IMG/VR virus record: IMGVR_UViG_3300032038_000058
Strand: one strand, 5' to 3'
DNA: 64,000 bases
Origin: an uncultured virus (IMG/VR IMGVR_UViG_3300032038_000058)
Lineage: Duplodnaviria; Heunggongvirae; Uroviricota; Caudoviricetes
Shown: one piece after another, positions 1 to 9,816 of the stretch
Numbering within the stretch: position 1 is the stretch's first letter
Layout: every line of letters starts with the position of its first letter
Notes under the pieces: model-generated
Seen by the model: the letters and a program-made list of their open reading frames with translations, nothing else
The model's database searches: none
What the model was told of the DNA's origin: nothing
Position numbers and translations under genes: made by a program

Positions 1-2
1 GT

Positions 3-544
3 CCTAATACATCAAAGAAGGTAAGCACAAAAGGAGTAGAAACAACCCTATACAATGTAGCAGATAAAGTAAAGGAAGTGTGGACTGATTTTGCAGGTTT
101 TAATGCACAGACACAATTCTTCCCGGAGTATGCAAAAGATTATATAAATTATGAGCACCCCTTCGATCCAGCAGTAGACCTAGGTAATGATTTCTACTTT
201 ATGAGAAAATTTACATTGAATTACTTGGTCTATAAGAAACATGCTAAAATGTTAAGTGTGTATGCAGGAGAAGATGGTATGTTCAATAAAAAAGCAAAGT
301 ATGTAATTGAAGACGAACACCATATACCAATTAGAGATGCAGACCCTGATGAACCAATGGCAGTAAAGAAGAATTTTACTTCATATGAGATAATGATGAA
401 AAGTAGTAAGCGCTCTAGTAGCCCGTTTCACACCATTATCAGCCACGGAGATATTAAGAATTGTCTTATCCCGGGAAATTCATGGGACAAGAATGGAAAT
501 ATTATATATGGAGGGGATGACCAATTACTAACATATTTTGACAT
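3..544 (+). CDS. Family A DNA polymerase, exon 1 (runs off the left edge of the window)
   Basis: The frame is open from position 3 (PNTSKKVSTK...). It contains RSSSPFHTI, resembling GRLSSxxPNLQNI, and ends LLTYFD(I), the start of PolA motif A. It joins in frame to 2577 after intron removal. Confidence 0.85.
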
Positions 545-721
545 TAATTGATTAGTGTCACGTAGAAGTGATTCTATGATAAAATAAACTTACTAAATGC
601 TGGAAAGACTTGTTAGGTCTCTAGTACTAGCCGATTTAGTCACGGCAGTAAAAATCTAGAGAATAGAGTTAATCAGCAGGTTTAAGAAGACAATGATATA
701 AATAATTTAAATTTTAGGTTT

Positions 722-2392
722 ATGACGTACAATGAAATTAAAAAATACATAGAAGAAAATGGTATTAAGAAAAGAGCAGAGTTATGTAAGGAGAATAGAA
801 AAGTTTATGATAATTATAAAAAATTAAGTAAAGAAGAACAAGACGAACTATTACCTTCTTTGATAGTTCATAACTACTCTGATCTTAATACTATAAGTGA
901 TTTTGAAAAATTTATACAAGAAAATAATATAGTATCAAGGAAAAATTTTGACAGAAGATTTGGTAAAGGCTATGTAAGATTTTTGAAAATTCTTACCAAA
1001 GAAGAACAAGATGAACTATTACCTTCAAACTACAATGACTACTCTAATCTTAATACTATAAGTGATTTTGAAAAATTTATACAAGAAAACAATATAGTAT
1101 CAAGAAATGAATTTCAGAAAAGATTTTACAGAGGCTATAGAAGATTTTTGAAAATTCTTACCAAAGAAGAACAAGATGAACTATTACCTTCAAACTTAAA
1201 TGATTACTCTAATCTTAATACTGTAAGTGATTTTAGAGGTTTTATACAAGAAAATAATATAGTATCAAGGAAAAATTTTGACAGAAGATTTGGTAAAGGC
1301 TATGTAAGATTTTTGAAAATTCTTACCAAAGAAGAACAAGATGAACTATTACCTTCAAACTACAATGACTACTCTAATCTTAATACTATAAGTGATTTTG
1401 AAAAATTTATACAAGAAAACAATATAGTATCAAGGGGAGATTTTAAAAAAAGATTTGGTAAAGGCTATGTAAGATTTTTGAAAATTCTTACCAAAGAAGA
1501 ACAAGATGAACTATTACCTTCAAACTTAAATGATTACTCTGATCTTAATACTATAGAAGCTTTTGAAAAATTTATACAAGAAAATAATATAGTATCAAGG
1601 GACGATTTTAGAAGAAGATTTAGTAAAGGCTATATAAGATTCTTGAAAATTCTTACCAAAGAAGAACAAGATGAATTATTACCTTCAAACTACAATGACT
1701 ACTCTAATCTTAATACTATAGGTGATTTTAAAAAATTTATACAAGAAAATAATATAAAATCAAGGGGAGATTTTGACAGAAGATTTTACGGCGGCTATAG
1801 AAGATTTTTGAAAATTCTTACCAAAGAAGAACAAGATGAACTATTACCTTCAAACTACAATGACTATTCTGACCTTAATACTATAGGTGATTTTAAAAAA
1901 TTTATACAAGAAAATAATATAGTATCAAGAGACGATTTTCATAGAAGATTTTACGGAGGATATGATAGATTCTTGAAAAGTTTTACCAAAGAAGAACAAG
2001 AAGAATTACTCCCGCCTGTAAAATCTTTTGGAGAAATTAGTTTACGAAAATTATTTGATGATAACTTAATAAACTATGTATCTGAAAAAACTTTCGAAGA
2101 TCTTAAAGGAAAGAAAAAACACAATCTTAGATATGATTTTTATCTTCCTGATTATAATATACTTATAGAGTATCATGGTGGCCAGCATTTCGACCCAGAT
2201 TCAAAACTTTATACAGAAGAAGGTATAGAAAGAGATAAAATAAAATTTGACTATGCCAAAGATAATAATATTCCTATAATCTATTTTACAAATGAGGTAG
2301 AGGTATATGAGGAAAAAGGATATTTTACTGAAGTAATTACAGACAGTGATATCCTTATACAAAAAATAAAAGAGATTAGTCTGACTAACTAA
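722..2392 (+). CDS. Intron-encoded putative homing endonuclease: tandem 55-aa repeats plus C-terminal Vsr/PD-(D/E)XK-like nuclease domain
   Basis: Lies between intron elements Q and R, closed by TTTAAGAA 681-688 / TTCTTAAA 2398-2405. C-terminus SFGE...LRYDFYLPDYNILIEYHGGQHF is typical of Vsr-like nucleases. Confidence 0.8.
   Translation: MTYNEIKKYIEENGIKKRAELCKENRKVYDNYKKLSKEEQDELLPSLIVHNYSDLNTISDFEKFIQENNIVSRKNFDRRFGKGYVRFLKILTKEEQDELLPSNYNDYSNLNTISDFEKFIQENNIVSRNEFQKRFYRGYRRFLKILTKEEQDELLPSNLNDYSNLNTVSDFRGFIQENNIVSRKNFDRRFGKGYVRFLKILTKEEQDELLPSNYNDYSNLNTISDFEKFIQENNIVSRGDFKKRFGKGYVRFLKILTKEEQDELLPSNLNDYSDLNTIEAFEKFIQENNIVSRDDFRRRFSKGYIRFLKILTKEEQDELLPSNYNDYSNLNTIGDFKKFIQENNIKSRGDFDRRFYGGYRRFLKILTKEEQDELLPSNYNDYSDLNTIGDFKKFIQENNIVSRDDFHRRFYGGYDRFLKSFTKEEQEELLPPVKSFGEISLRKLFDDNLINYVSEKTFEDLKGKKKHNLRYDFYLPDYNILIEYHGGQHFDPDSKLYTEEGIERDKIKFDYAKDNNIPIIYFTNEVEVYEEKGYFTEVITDSDILIQKIKEISLTN
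833..2015 (+). repeat. Coding tandem repeat, 165-nt (55-aa) unit, about 7 copies
   Basis: GAAGAACAAG (EEQ) recurs at 833, 1001, 1166, 1331, 1496, 1661, 1826 and 1991. Confidence 0.95.
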
Positions 2393-2576
2393 TCGAATTC
2401 TTAAACCCCAACGACTATCCCAATAATGGGAGTACACTTGAAATCGTTAAGTGGAAACGGTAAGAATCTCAGAAATGAGATTAAGATATAGTCTGATCTG
2501 TACGGAGACGTGCAGGAGTTCATGTTTAGTAATAAACTGAGAACCGGGAGAAGTAACGTATCTCCTGAACAAAATG

Positions 2577-3543
2577 TAGTAGTGCTGAGGTTAAATCAGC
2601 AGGTTACGCATCCCTTGACCCAGACCTAATTTCCAAGTTTAATGCAGGTGAGGATATATATATTTATTCAGCTCAACTCTATTTAGGGGAAGATGGTTGG
2701 AATAAACTTGATAAAAAAGGAAAAAAGACTTGGAGGAAAAAATTCAAAACTATTTTCTTGGGAGTTTTATATGGCTTAGGGAAACAGAGTCTAGCGGATA
2801 GATTAGATAGTTCTGTTGAAGAGGCCGAAGATATTATACAAGGTCTTTATAAATCTTTTCCTAAACTTAGAGAATATGTGGAAATTCAGGGTCAATATCC
2901 ACTTGATCACGATGGGTATATAAATACTATCCTAGGTGATAAGTTAAGATTACGAGAATATTATGATTATCTTCCAAAGGCAAAGAGTGATAGGGAGAGA
3001 AAGAATATTATTGCTCGTATAAAAAGATTGGGTGTGAACTTACCTATTCAGGGAGGAACATCAGAAATTATGACTTCTGGGTTTATGAATAATATACGTG
3101 AATCTATAAAAGAAGGCTGGGAACAACCTTTACAACCAATTATTACAGTGCATGATTCAAATACTAACTTAATTCCGGTTGAGAAAGTATTTGACATATT
3201 GAAATTTTATCAGGTGCATTATACTGATTATTGTGCTAAGATAGGTCCTAAGATTAAACTATTATTTGACTTGCTTGTTGGCTATGGATATGAATCTGCG
3301 TGTCAATTAAAGCAGTTAGATGATGATACGATTGAGTTTACAGGATCGGCCAGTAATATTATATTGTTATATGATAAAATAATGAATTGTCCAAAATTGG
3401 TTGTAGAGTGTGATAAGACTAGGGATGAAATTATTAATAGTAAGAATATGATTAATGATCCATATTACAGAACTATTCTTGAAAATGGATGTTCTATAAT
3501 AAAGGACATTTCTGAAATTACTGTTAGGTTCCATCGCCTATAA
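2577..3543 (+). CDS. Family A DNA polymerase, exon 2
   Basis: The frame is open from 2578: SSAEVKSAGYAS (motif A), RKKFKTIFLGVLYG (motif B), NLPIQG, ITVHDS (motif C). The ORF-track start at 2758 is internal. Confidence 0.9.
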
Positions 3544-3550
3544 TAAAAAT

Positions 3551-3583
3551 AGAGAGTAGAATGTAAAAGTTCTATTCTCTTTC
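3551..3583 (+). terminator. Intrinsic terminator-like hairpin after the polymerase gene
   Basis: AGAGAGTAGAA ... TTCTATTCTCT inverted repeat followed by T-rich sequence. Confidence 0.6.
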
Positions 3584-3587
3584 ATTT

Positions 3588-3598
3588 CCTTATACGTG
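3588..3598 (+). promoter_or_regulatory. Promoter-like motif CCTTATACGTG (representative of (C/T)CTTA-N4-TG; more than 20 copies in the window)
   Basis: The motif recurs directly upstream of operon starts on both strands; see findings. Confidence 0.7.
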
Positions 3599-3612
3599 AA
3601 TAAAAATAACTT

Positions 3613-3990
3613 ATGACATCCAAAATTAATGGAGGAAGTAAAATTATGGTAAATTTTGTTTTAATATTATTATCGTACTTAGTAGGATTAGTAGCGGCAG
3701 GTTTTTATGCCTGGATTATTTCTAGTTCATGGAGATTTCTTATAATTCCTACACTAAGCCAACTAGGTTTTAGTAATATACCTGAACCTACTACTATCCA
3801 ATGGTTCTTAATAGTACTATTTCTAAACTTAGTGAAATTAATATATTTTCCTACACCAGAAGAAAAAGATAGCAACACTGATTCTCTCCCCGATGCTTTT
3901 GCGAAGATGCTTGCTAAAACATTAGGAAGAATGATAACTATATTGTTTTTGTTTGGTGTATATTGGTTAGTAACATTAATTGTATTATGA
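3613..3990 (+). CDS. Hypothetical membrane protein
   Basis: About three hydrophobic segments. Confidence 0.65.
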   Translation: MTSKINGGSKIMVNFVLILLSYLVGLVAAGFYAWIISSSWRFLIIPTLSQLGFSNIPEPTTIQWFLIVLFLNLVKLIYFPTPEEKDSNTDSLPDAFAKMLAKTLGRMITILFLFGVYWLVTLIVL

Positions 3991-4460
3991 AAAGAGTTTT
4001 AAAAATAATCCCAGCGTGGAGAAGTAGTAATGAACCGAAGATAAAAACTCCCTTCCGTGAAATTAAACCAGAAGAGAGGGATAATAATTCCTTGTGGTAC
4101 CTTGATGGAGACTTGGAAGAATTTGTAGGTTATGATAAAGCTATTGTTTCTAATTGTAAGAGCGGTGGTTTTGCAAAAGAGACAATAAAATGGTTTGAAA
4201 TTTTAGGAGATAAAGTTACTTCTGCAGACATTAGTAAGCCGTTCTATAATATGTGCTTAGATGGGGAAGTTGATGTAGAAGTAGAAGGTATTAGTCGACC
4301 CTGTAAAGGATTTTTCTGGACTGTTAATCATAGAGACGTTTATCACCTAGATAAGAAATATGAAATATGGGATCAAAGGGGATTGGTGTGTTTTGCAGAT
4401 GATAAAGAGGCCTGTGATCGCGCCAGAACTAGGATGAATAATAAAGAGAGGCATATTTGA
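3987..4460 (+). CDS. Hypothetical protein
   Basis: ORF; its ATG overlaps the upstream stop. Confidence 0.6.
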   Translation: MKRVLKIIPAWRSSNEPKIKTPFREIKPEERDNNSLWYLDGDLEEFVGYDKAIVSNCKSGGFAKETIKWFEILGDKVTSADISKPFYNMCLDGEVDVEVEGISRPCKGFFWTVNHRDVYHLDKKYEIWDQRGLVCFADDKEACDRARTRMNNKERHI

Positions 4461-4517
4461 TGGAAACAAGAGATATTAGAATTAACTTAGAGGTATAATA
4501 AATAAAAATAAAGGGGT

Positions 4518-4832
4518 ATGATTATAGGAAAATTATTAGAGCAATTAAAGAAGATAGACAAGGATTATAATGTAGTAGTTCTAAAAGATAATTGTACTCA
4601 TCCAGTCAGCGGGTTTGAAGATTCAACTAGTATTGGTATATGGGAGATAAGGTATTGGGAAGAATCTTGTGATGAAATCCCAGGTATAAAAGTAAGTGAC
4701 CTAATCGAACTTATACCAGAGAATTTAAGTGAGGATGCAGTTACAGTTACAAGAGGGAATTGTTATCCAAATTATAAGATCACAAATATCCGCCAAATAG
4801 ATAATACAAACTTATGTGTAATTGAAGTATAA
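4518..4832 (+). CDS. Hypothetical protein
   Basis: ORF in a co-oriented run. Confidence 0.55.
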   Translation: MIIGKLLEQLKKIDKDYNVVVLKDNCTHPVSGFEDSTSIGIWEIRYWEESCDEIPGIKVSDLIELIPENLSEDAVTVTRGNCYPNYKITNIRQIDNTNLCVIEV

Positions 4833-4914
4833 AGCTATGGATTTTGAAATTTTAGTTAGATAAAGGAGGTTGAAAAATACCTTCTTTTCTTTTCAATTCC
4901 TTAATTATGAAAAA

Positions 4915-5307
4915 ATGAAATTTTATATGTTAAAGAAAGAAGATTTAATGATAGGAAGCTGGGTTAAAATACCTAAGTTAGTGTATTATAACTCAGAAGA
5001 TGATTTTGATAACGGATACACTCAAGTCAAAGAACTAAGAACATGTGACTTAGATACATATTCACTGAAGGAGATAAGTTATGAGGAAATCGAGCCTATA
5101 CCACTAACGGATGCCATAATTGATAAAATAGGTCTTGGCAAAGATGGTTTAAAGTTTATGTATTTCTTAGGAACAGATTATCCTTCATACATTGGATATA
5201 GTAATGGATTCGAATATTGTTTTCCTACTCCAAGGTATGTTCATGAATTACAAATGGCACTAAAGATCTGTAAATTTAATATAAACATAGAAAAAGAATT
5301 ATTATGA
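4915..5307 (+). CDS. Hypothetical phage protein, paralog of 5304-5771
   Basis: Motifs LMIGSWV, IEPIPLT, YVHELQ. Start placed after the promoter motif at 4899-4909. Confidence 0.65.
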   Translation: MKFYMLKKEDLMIGSWVKIPKLVYYNSEDDFDNGYTQVKELRTCDLDTYSLKEISYEEIEPIPLTDAIIDKIGLGKDGLKFMYFLGTDYPSYIGYSNGFEYCFPTPRYVHELQMALKICKFNINIEKELL

Positions 5308-5771
5308 ATATAGGAGAATTACAAGTAGGTGATTTTGTATATTATTGTAAAGCTAATCAATATGTAACTAGGGTTATAGATATTCGTACTTATGGAGATG
5401 AGTATGGAATAACTTGTATACGGGATGATAGGGATCCTTTAAAAGAGAAGACTAAGGAGGATTTATTTAATGTAGCTATTCTCCATCCTATTCCAATTAC
5501 ATCTGAAATACTTGAGAAAAATGGTTTTATAAAAGATGGATATACTAATTTATCACCAGATTACTACTTAAACGATAAAGATTTTAATATTTACGTTAAT
5601 CTTCGTTCAACTTGTGATAAAACTGCACAAATTTGGTGTGAAAATAGAAATACGAAACATATAGCTAGTTATGAAATTTCACGTCATGCTTTAGTTGATA
5701 AGACTTTATACGTGCACCAATTACAACAAGTATTAAGATCCTGTAGAATAAATAAAGATATCGTATTATGA
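5304..5771 (+). CDS. Hypothetical phage protein, paralog of 4915-5307
   Basis: Motifs LQVGDFV, LHPIPIT, YVHQLQ. Confidence 0.65.
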   Translation: MNIGELQVGDFVYYCKANQYVTRVIDIRTYGDEYGITCIRDDRDPLKEKTKEDLFNVAILHPIPITSEILEKNGFIKDGYTNLSPDYYLNDKDFNIYVNLRSTCDKTAQIWCENRNTKHIASYEISRHALVDKTLYVHQLQQVLRSCRINKDIVL

Positions 5772-6199
5772 AACTTTCAAAAGATGAATTTAATATAGTT
5801 GGAGATAAAATTATTATATCCAAATCCGCACTAGAAAGGTGGAGAAGTCATTATGATGCAAATCATGTTTGTATAAATGATGAATATATAGGGAAAAGAG
5901 ATTTATTAGATGACTTATTAGGTCTTTTCAATGATAAGAACATCTCAGAAATTCCCAATTACCTCGACGATCATGAGATACGTATAAAAAATATTGAAGC
6001 AATTAAAAGTAGGGTTTGGAAACTTCAGCGTGATGCATGTAACTTAGAACTAGCTCTAACAAATTTTTATAAAGGTAGAGAGCAGGATGAAGTTCGACTT
6101 AAAGAGATACGTAATGAAATATGCTGGAGAATACAAGATTATGAGGTATTTATCAATGACTACAAAAAGGATTGGGATTTGAATTATGAATATGAATAA
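5768..6199 (+). CDS. Hypothetical protein
   Basis: ATGA-coupled ORF. Confidence 0.6.
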   Translation: MKLSKDEFNIVGDKIIISKSALERWRSHYDANHVCINDEYIGKRDLLDDLLGLFNDKNISEIPNYLDDHEIRIKNIEAIKSRVWKLQRDACNLELALTNFYKGREQDEVRLKEIRNEICWRIQDYEVFINDYKKDWDLNYEYE

Positions 6200-6213
6200 T
6201 ACATTAACTAAAA

Positions 6214-7209
6214 ATGAAATCGGTTAAATTAATTGAAAAAGGATTAGAAGAAGTTAGTATAGAGATTCTTTCTTTACTTGCGGAACTTGATACTAAATGT
6301 TTTGAATTTCAGCGTGAATTAGTCTATAAATATGAACTAGTAGATGATGAAATCGTTGATATTAATGTTCTAAGTATAGAGATCGACTTACAGTATGGGG
6401 CGTTTGATGGAAGTACACTAGAATACCTTCTGTTCTTAAATCTTTCTAATGGTAAAAGAAAAAGATTATATGAAATAGGACTAAGCAGAACCCTATTATT
6501 GTCTTCCATTTTACAAGAACTTCGTCATGCAGTACTTTCAAAAGATAAGGAAGATGTGTTCTCAAGAAAACTTCATATTGAGGGAAAAGATATAATAATA
6601 ACTGACCCTTGTTATATAATAAAGAAGAGTGAAATAAATATTGAGCACAAGTATATAAATTACGGAGACTATGACCTTATTAAGAAAAATAAATGGAAGG
6701 TTAGTGAACTTAGCGTAAAACAAGTTCTGGCCGCATATAAGAAGTATCAACAGGGCTCTAAATTACAAAAGAAGTATGATAAGGAGTATTATTCTCAGAT
6801 AGATAACGATTGGGAAAAGTGTGACTATGGTGATAATATGGAAGCTTTAGGTATTAGTAATTGTTTAGTTACTAGTACTTTATATGGAGATTGGTCTTGT
6901 ACTACGTATAATTCTGATACAAATGAAGTCATCGGACATTTTTGTGCAGATGCTGGTCTAGTAGGTGTATTTATTCTAGATGAAGTACTAGAGTATAATC
7001 CTAAGTTTGATTATCATATTAATAGAGAATGGACTACTACTCTAATCAAAAATTTCACAGGAGATATTTGGTTCGAGAAGCATCATCATGAAGGTGTCTA
7101 CGAAGATACTACAGAATGGCACAAGAAGGGTGATACTTGGGAAGAAGATACGATTCATGTAGTAGGAAAAGGAAATGTAAACTTTATTACAAAGCAGACA
7201 GGTCTTTAA
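6214..7209 (+). CDS. Hypothetical protein (C-terminal IITDPCY / YGDWSC / FCADAGLV domain)
   Basis: 331-aa ORF. Confidence 0.65.
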   Translation: MKSVKLIEKGLEEVSIEILSLLAELDTKCFEFQRELVYKYELVDDEIVDINVLSIEIDLQYGAFDGSTLEYLLFLNLSNGKRKRLYEIGLSRTLLLSSILQELRHAVLSKDKEDVFSRKLHIEGKDIIITDPCYIIKKSEINIEHKYINYGDYDLIKKNKWKVSELSVKQVLAAYKKYQQGSKLQKKYDKEYYSQIDNDWEKCDYGDNMEALGISNCLVTSTLYGDWSCTTYNSDTNEVIGHFCADAGLVGVFILDEVLEYNPKFDYHINREWTTTLIKNFTGDIWFEKHHHEGVYEDTTEWHKKGDTWEEDTIHVVGKGNVNFITKQTGL

Positions 7210-7261
7210 AAGAGAATAGAGGGAGGGCTATAATAGACCCTCTTTCATTTCCTTATACTTG

Positions 7262-8374
7262 ATGGAAAAGAAGAAAATTAAAAGGCCAGTTATTTACTAT
7301 GAAGAGTATAGGCCAGAAGGAATAGAGAAACTCACCCCAAGAGAAGTACTGAAAAGACCTTATAGTAGAACGGTAAAGTCAGTATCGGGAGATAATAAGG
7401 AGTTTTTAGTTTTTATAGATACATACGCATTAAGTTGTATTGCTGGTAGAATATTTTGGAAGAAGACGTCAAAATGCTCTATCACTTATAAAAATAGTAG
7501 AATTTATGGAGCTATAACGTGCGAAATTATTTCAACCTTAATAGTTGCATTCAAACTAGATTGGATTGATAGAGAAAAGTGGGTAAAAAAATTAGTAGGG
7601 CAAAATAAAACGCTTTGGAAATTAATATTGTCTGGAAAAATAACAAACCCTGAAGATCTAGCTAAAAAATATAGTAAATTATATTTTAAAGGAAGCTACT
7701 CTTATAAAACACTAAAGGAATATTTTAAGTGTGAGATGATTAGGGTTAGTTTATGGGATGCATACTATCATACTACAAACCCAGACCTATGTATTAGGAA
7801 GTTAACTAAATCTTATTCAGAAAATAACAGATTAATAATCCAAGAAGAAACAAATCTATTGGAAGATTCAATACACTACTGTAGATATGATAATACTAAG
7901 GTAAACCCGCTATGGAGTGTTAAGAGACTGAGGAGTGAGCATCAAAAGCAAATAGAGAAAGACCTATTAGAAGATTCTCAAAAACTTAGCGATGAATTAA
8001 TAGCTGAGGAATTTAAAAAGGATAGAATAGAACTTATCCTTTCAGAGAAGAGATGTTTTTTCGAAGCTAGTATGATGCATAACTGTATTCATAGCTGCTA
8101 TTGGCCAAAAGTTATAGCAGGGGATTACATTCTAGCAAAAGGTACTATAGATGATATTCACTTTGACTTAGGATTACAGGTTGTTAAGGATGAGATAGTA
8201 TTCAACCAGGTACACTCTATTTATAATGGGAATGTTCCTGAATATATTGAGGAGTTCTGTAAGAAGTGGATGTTTAATAATAGGAACGATCTTCTTCAAA
8301 TTTCTAAGAATATTAAAAGTAAAAAGCTAATTAGTAATACTTGTTTACTTCCAATAGAGTTAGGGTGGTTTTAA
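7262..8374 (+). CDS. PcfJ-like domain protein
   Basis: C-terminal EASMMHNCIHSCY resembles the PcfJ ExxxMxHCV motif. ATG directly follows the promoter motif at 7251-7261. Confidence 0.55.
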   Translation: MEKKKIKRPVIYYEEYRPEGIEKLTPREVLKRPYSRTVKSVSGDNKEFLVFIDTYALSCIAGRIFWKKTSKCSITYKNSRIYGAITCEIISTLIVAFKLDWIDREKWVKKLVGQNKTLWKLILSGKITNPEDLAKKYSKLYFKGSYSYKTLKEYFKCEMIRVSLWDAYYHTTNPDLCIRKLTKSYSENNRLIIQEETNLLEDSIHYCRYDNTKVNPLWSVKRLRSEHQKQIEKDLLEDSQKLSDELIAEEFKKDRIELILSEKRCFFEASMMHNCIHSCYWPKVIAGDYILAKGTIDDIHFDLGLQVVKDEIVFNQVHSIYNGNVPEYIEEFCKKWMFNNRNDLLQISKNIKSKKLISNTCLLPIELGWF

Positions 8375-8381
8375 AAAAAAG

Positions 8382-8421
8382 AAAGTATTAGGAAAATTAA
8401 ATCCTAGTACTTTTTCTTTTT
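8382..8421. terminator. Bidirectional terminator-like hairpin
   Basis: AAAGTATTAGGA / TCCTAGTACTTT stem flanked by A and T tracts. Confidence 0.65.
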
Positions 8422-8619
8422 GTATTAAATTTTATCATACTATCTGAATTTTATTATTTATCCAACTGTAATATAATTCATATTCATATTTTTCATCTTT
8501 TTCCCAAGTTAATGCGGGATTCATACAAAAATAATAAATAATATCTTTCATACTTATAAGGCATTTGAATTAAGTTGAGAGCAAAACCTTATATTTGAAA
8601 AAAATATTAATTTATATAT

Positions 8620-9039
8620 ATGAAAGATTACGAAAAAGCACTTAGTATTGCGGAAGCTTGGTATAAAAATACAGCAGTAGATGGTAATACTAAAAGAGTT
8701 CTTGAGAAAATATTTCCGGAACTGAAAGAAACAAAGGACGAAAAGATAATAGAAGCACTTATTGAATTTTTTAAAGTAGGTGCTGAAAATAACGAGGCGA
8801 CTTGTAAAATCCCTGATAAAGATATCCTTGCTTGGGTGGAAAGGATTAAAAAAAGTGGTGGTTTCATATCACCCGATCTTAAAAAATTTATAGGTAATAA
8901 AATAAATGTTGAAGAATTACGTCGACTATATGACTCTAGTTTACCTATTACAGGGGATTTTGAAAATTATCGCCTTGCATTAGTAGACAGTTATGAAAAA
9001 GGTATCTTACAAGTAATAAATATTATTAATCAATTATGA
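8620..9039 (+). CDS. Hypothetical phage protein
   Basis: ORF after the promoter motif at 8587-8597. Confidence 0.6.
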   Translation: MKDYEKALSIAEAWYKNTAVDGNTKRVLEKIFPELKETKDEKIIEALIEFFKVGAENNEATCKIPDKDILAWVERIKKSGGFISPDLKKFIGNKINVEELRRLYDSSLPITGDFENYRLALVDSYEKGILQVINIINQL

Positions 9040-9269
9040 CCAGAGAAGAGGCAAGAGAAATTGGATTGAGCTCTATTAAAAAAGACCTCGATTCAGGTAA
9101 AATTAAATTAAATGATATATTCGTAGCTTGTCCAAAACCTGGAAAAAATTCTTGGACATACGAAGAAGCTATTAGGTCGTTAGAGACAGATACTCCATTA
9201 GAAGGTAGTAATATGTCTTTAATTGATGACATAATTAATTTTCAAAATTGGAAAGAAGAACAAAAATAG
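9036..9269 (+). CDS. Hypothetical protein
   Basis: ATGA-coupled ORF. Confidence 0.55.
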   Translation: MTREEAREIGLSSIKKDLDSGKIKLNDIFVACPKPGKNSWTYEEAIRSLETDTPLEGSNMSLIDDIINFQNWKEEQK

Positions 9270-9309
9270 CAACATTAGTACATTGAGAATTTATAATATC
9301 GCTAAACTA

Positions 9310-9816
9310 ATGAAATTTTATAAAGGTAACATAGAACCTGATGAAAATGTCATAATGGTTTTTGGAAGTAATCCGGAAGGTCGACATGGAGCAGGTGCGG
9401 CATCTATAGCTCTTAGTAGATTTGGTGCTATTTACGGCCAAGGTGAAGGATTACAGGGAAATTCTTATGCCCTTCCTACAAAAGACCTCAAGTCTGTATC
9501 AAAGGGTAGATGGTATAGACCCGGGATTAACGAAAAAATTGAAGTCAAGCAATGGTATAAAAGTCATAATTATACGGATATACTTTATAATCCTCTTAAT
9601 AAAGAAAGATCTATGCATCCTAATCAGATAATTGAGAATATTAGGAGATTCTACCAGGTTGCAACGGAAAATCCAAATAAGATATTTAAGGTTGTCAACT
9701 ATAGGCTAGGGGAAATATCTTTAAATGGATACTTAGGAGAGGAAATGAGACAAATGTTTTTAATGGCTGGAAATATACCAGAGAATGTTTATTTTCACGA
9801 AAGTTGGAGGATATGA
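9310..9816 (+). CDS. Conserved phage protein with VFGSNxxGxHGAGAA motif (possibly macrodomain-like)
   Basis: VFGSNPEGRHGAGAA ... GAIYGQGEGLQGNSYALPT. Confidence 0.55.
   Translation: MKFYKGNIEPDENVIMVFGSNPEGRHGAGAASIALSRFGAIYGQGEGLQGNSYALPTKDLKSVSKGRWYRPGINEKIEVKQWYKSHNYTDILYNPLNKERSMHPNQIIENIRRFYQVATENPNKIFKVVNYRLGEISLNGYLGEEMRQMFLMAGNIPENVYFHESWRI

Larger units (their letters stand above)
545..2576 (+). ncRNA. Group I self-splicing intron (IA-like) in DNA polymerase motif A
   Basis: P1: TGACATTAA (539-547) pairs with TTAGTGTCA (552-560), giving a U544-G555 wobble. P element AAATGCTGGAAA 595-606; Q AATCAGCAGG 671-680; R ACGACTA 2411-2417; S AAGATATAGTCT 2483-2494; P3 CTTACT/GGTAAG; terminal G2576. 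Splicing restores YFDISSAEVK. Confidence 0.92.

Noticed and set aside
549..551. Stop-codon readthrough or alternative genetic code explaining the split genes
   Set aside because: The stops at 549-551 and 53777-53779 fall inside group I introns. Other genes are full length in the standard code, and TAG ends several ORFs.
833..2015. Possible CRISPR array
   Set aside because: The units are 165-nt in-frame coding repeats with no unique spacers, and no cas genes are present.
722..2392. Intein in the polymerase
   Set aside because: The ORF is a separate reading frame with its own start and stop, lacks Cys/His-Asn splice residues, and is flanked by RNA intron elements.
8430..8562. Tiny minus-strand ORFs (19 and 29 aa) behind a motif-like sequence
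   Set aside because: They are too short and AT-rich to support, and the motif spacing differs from the consensus.
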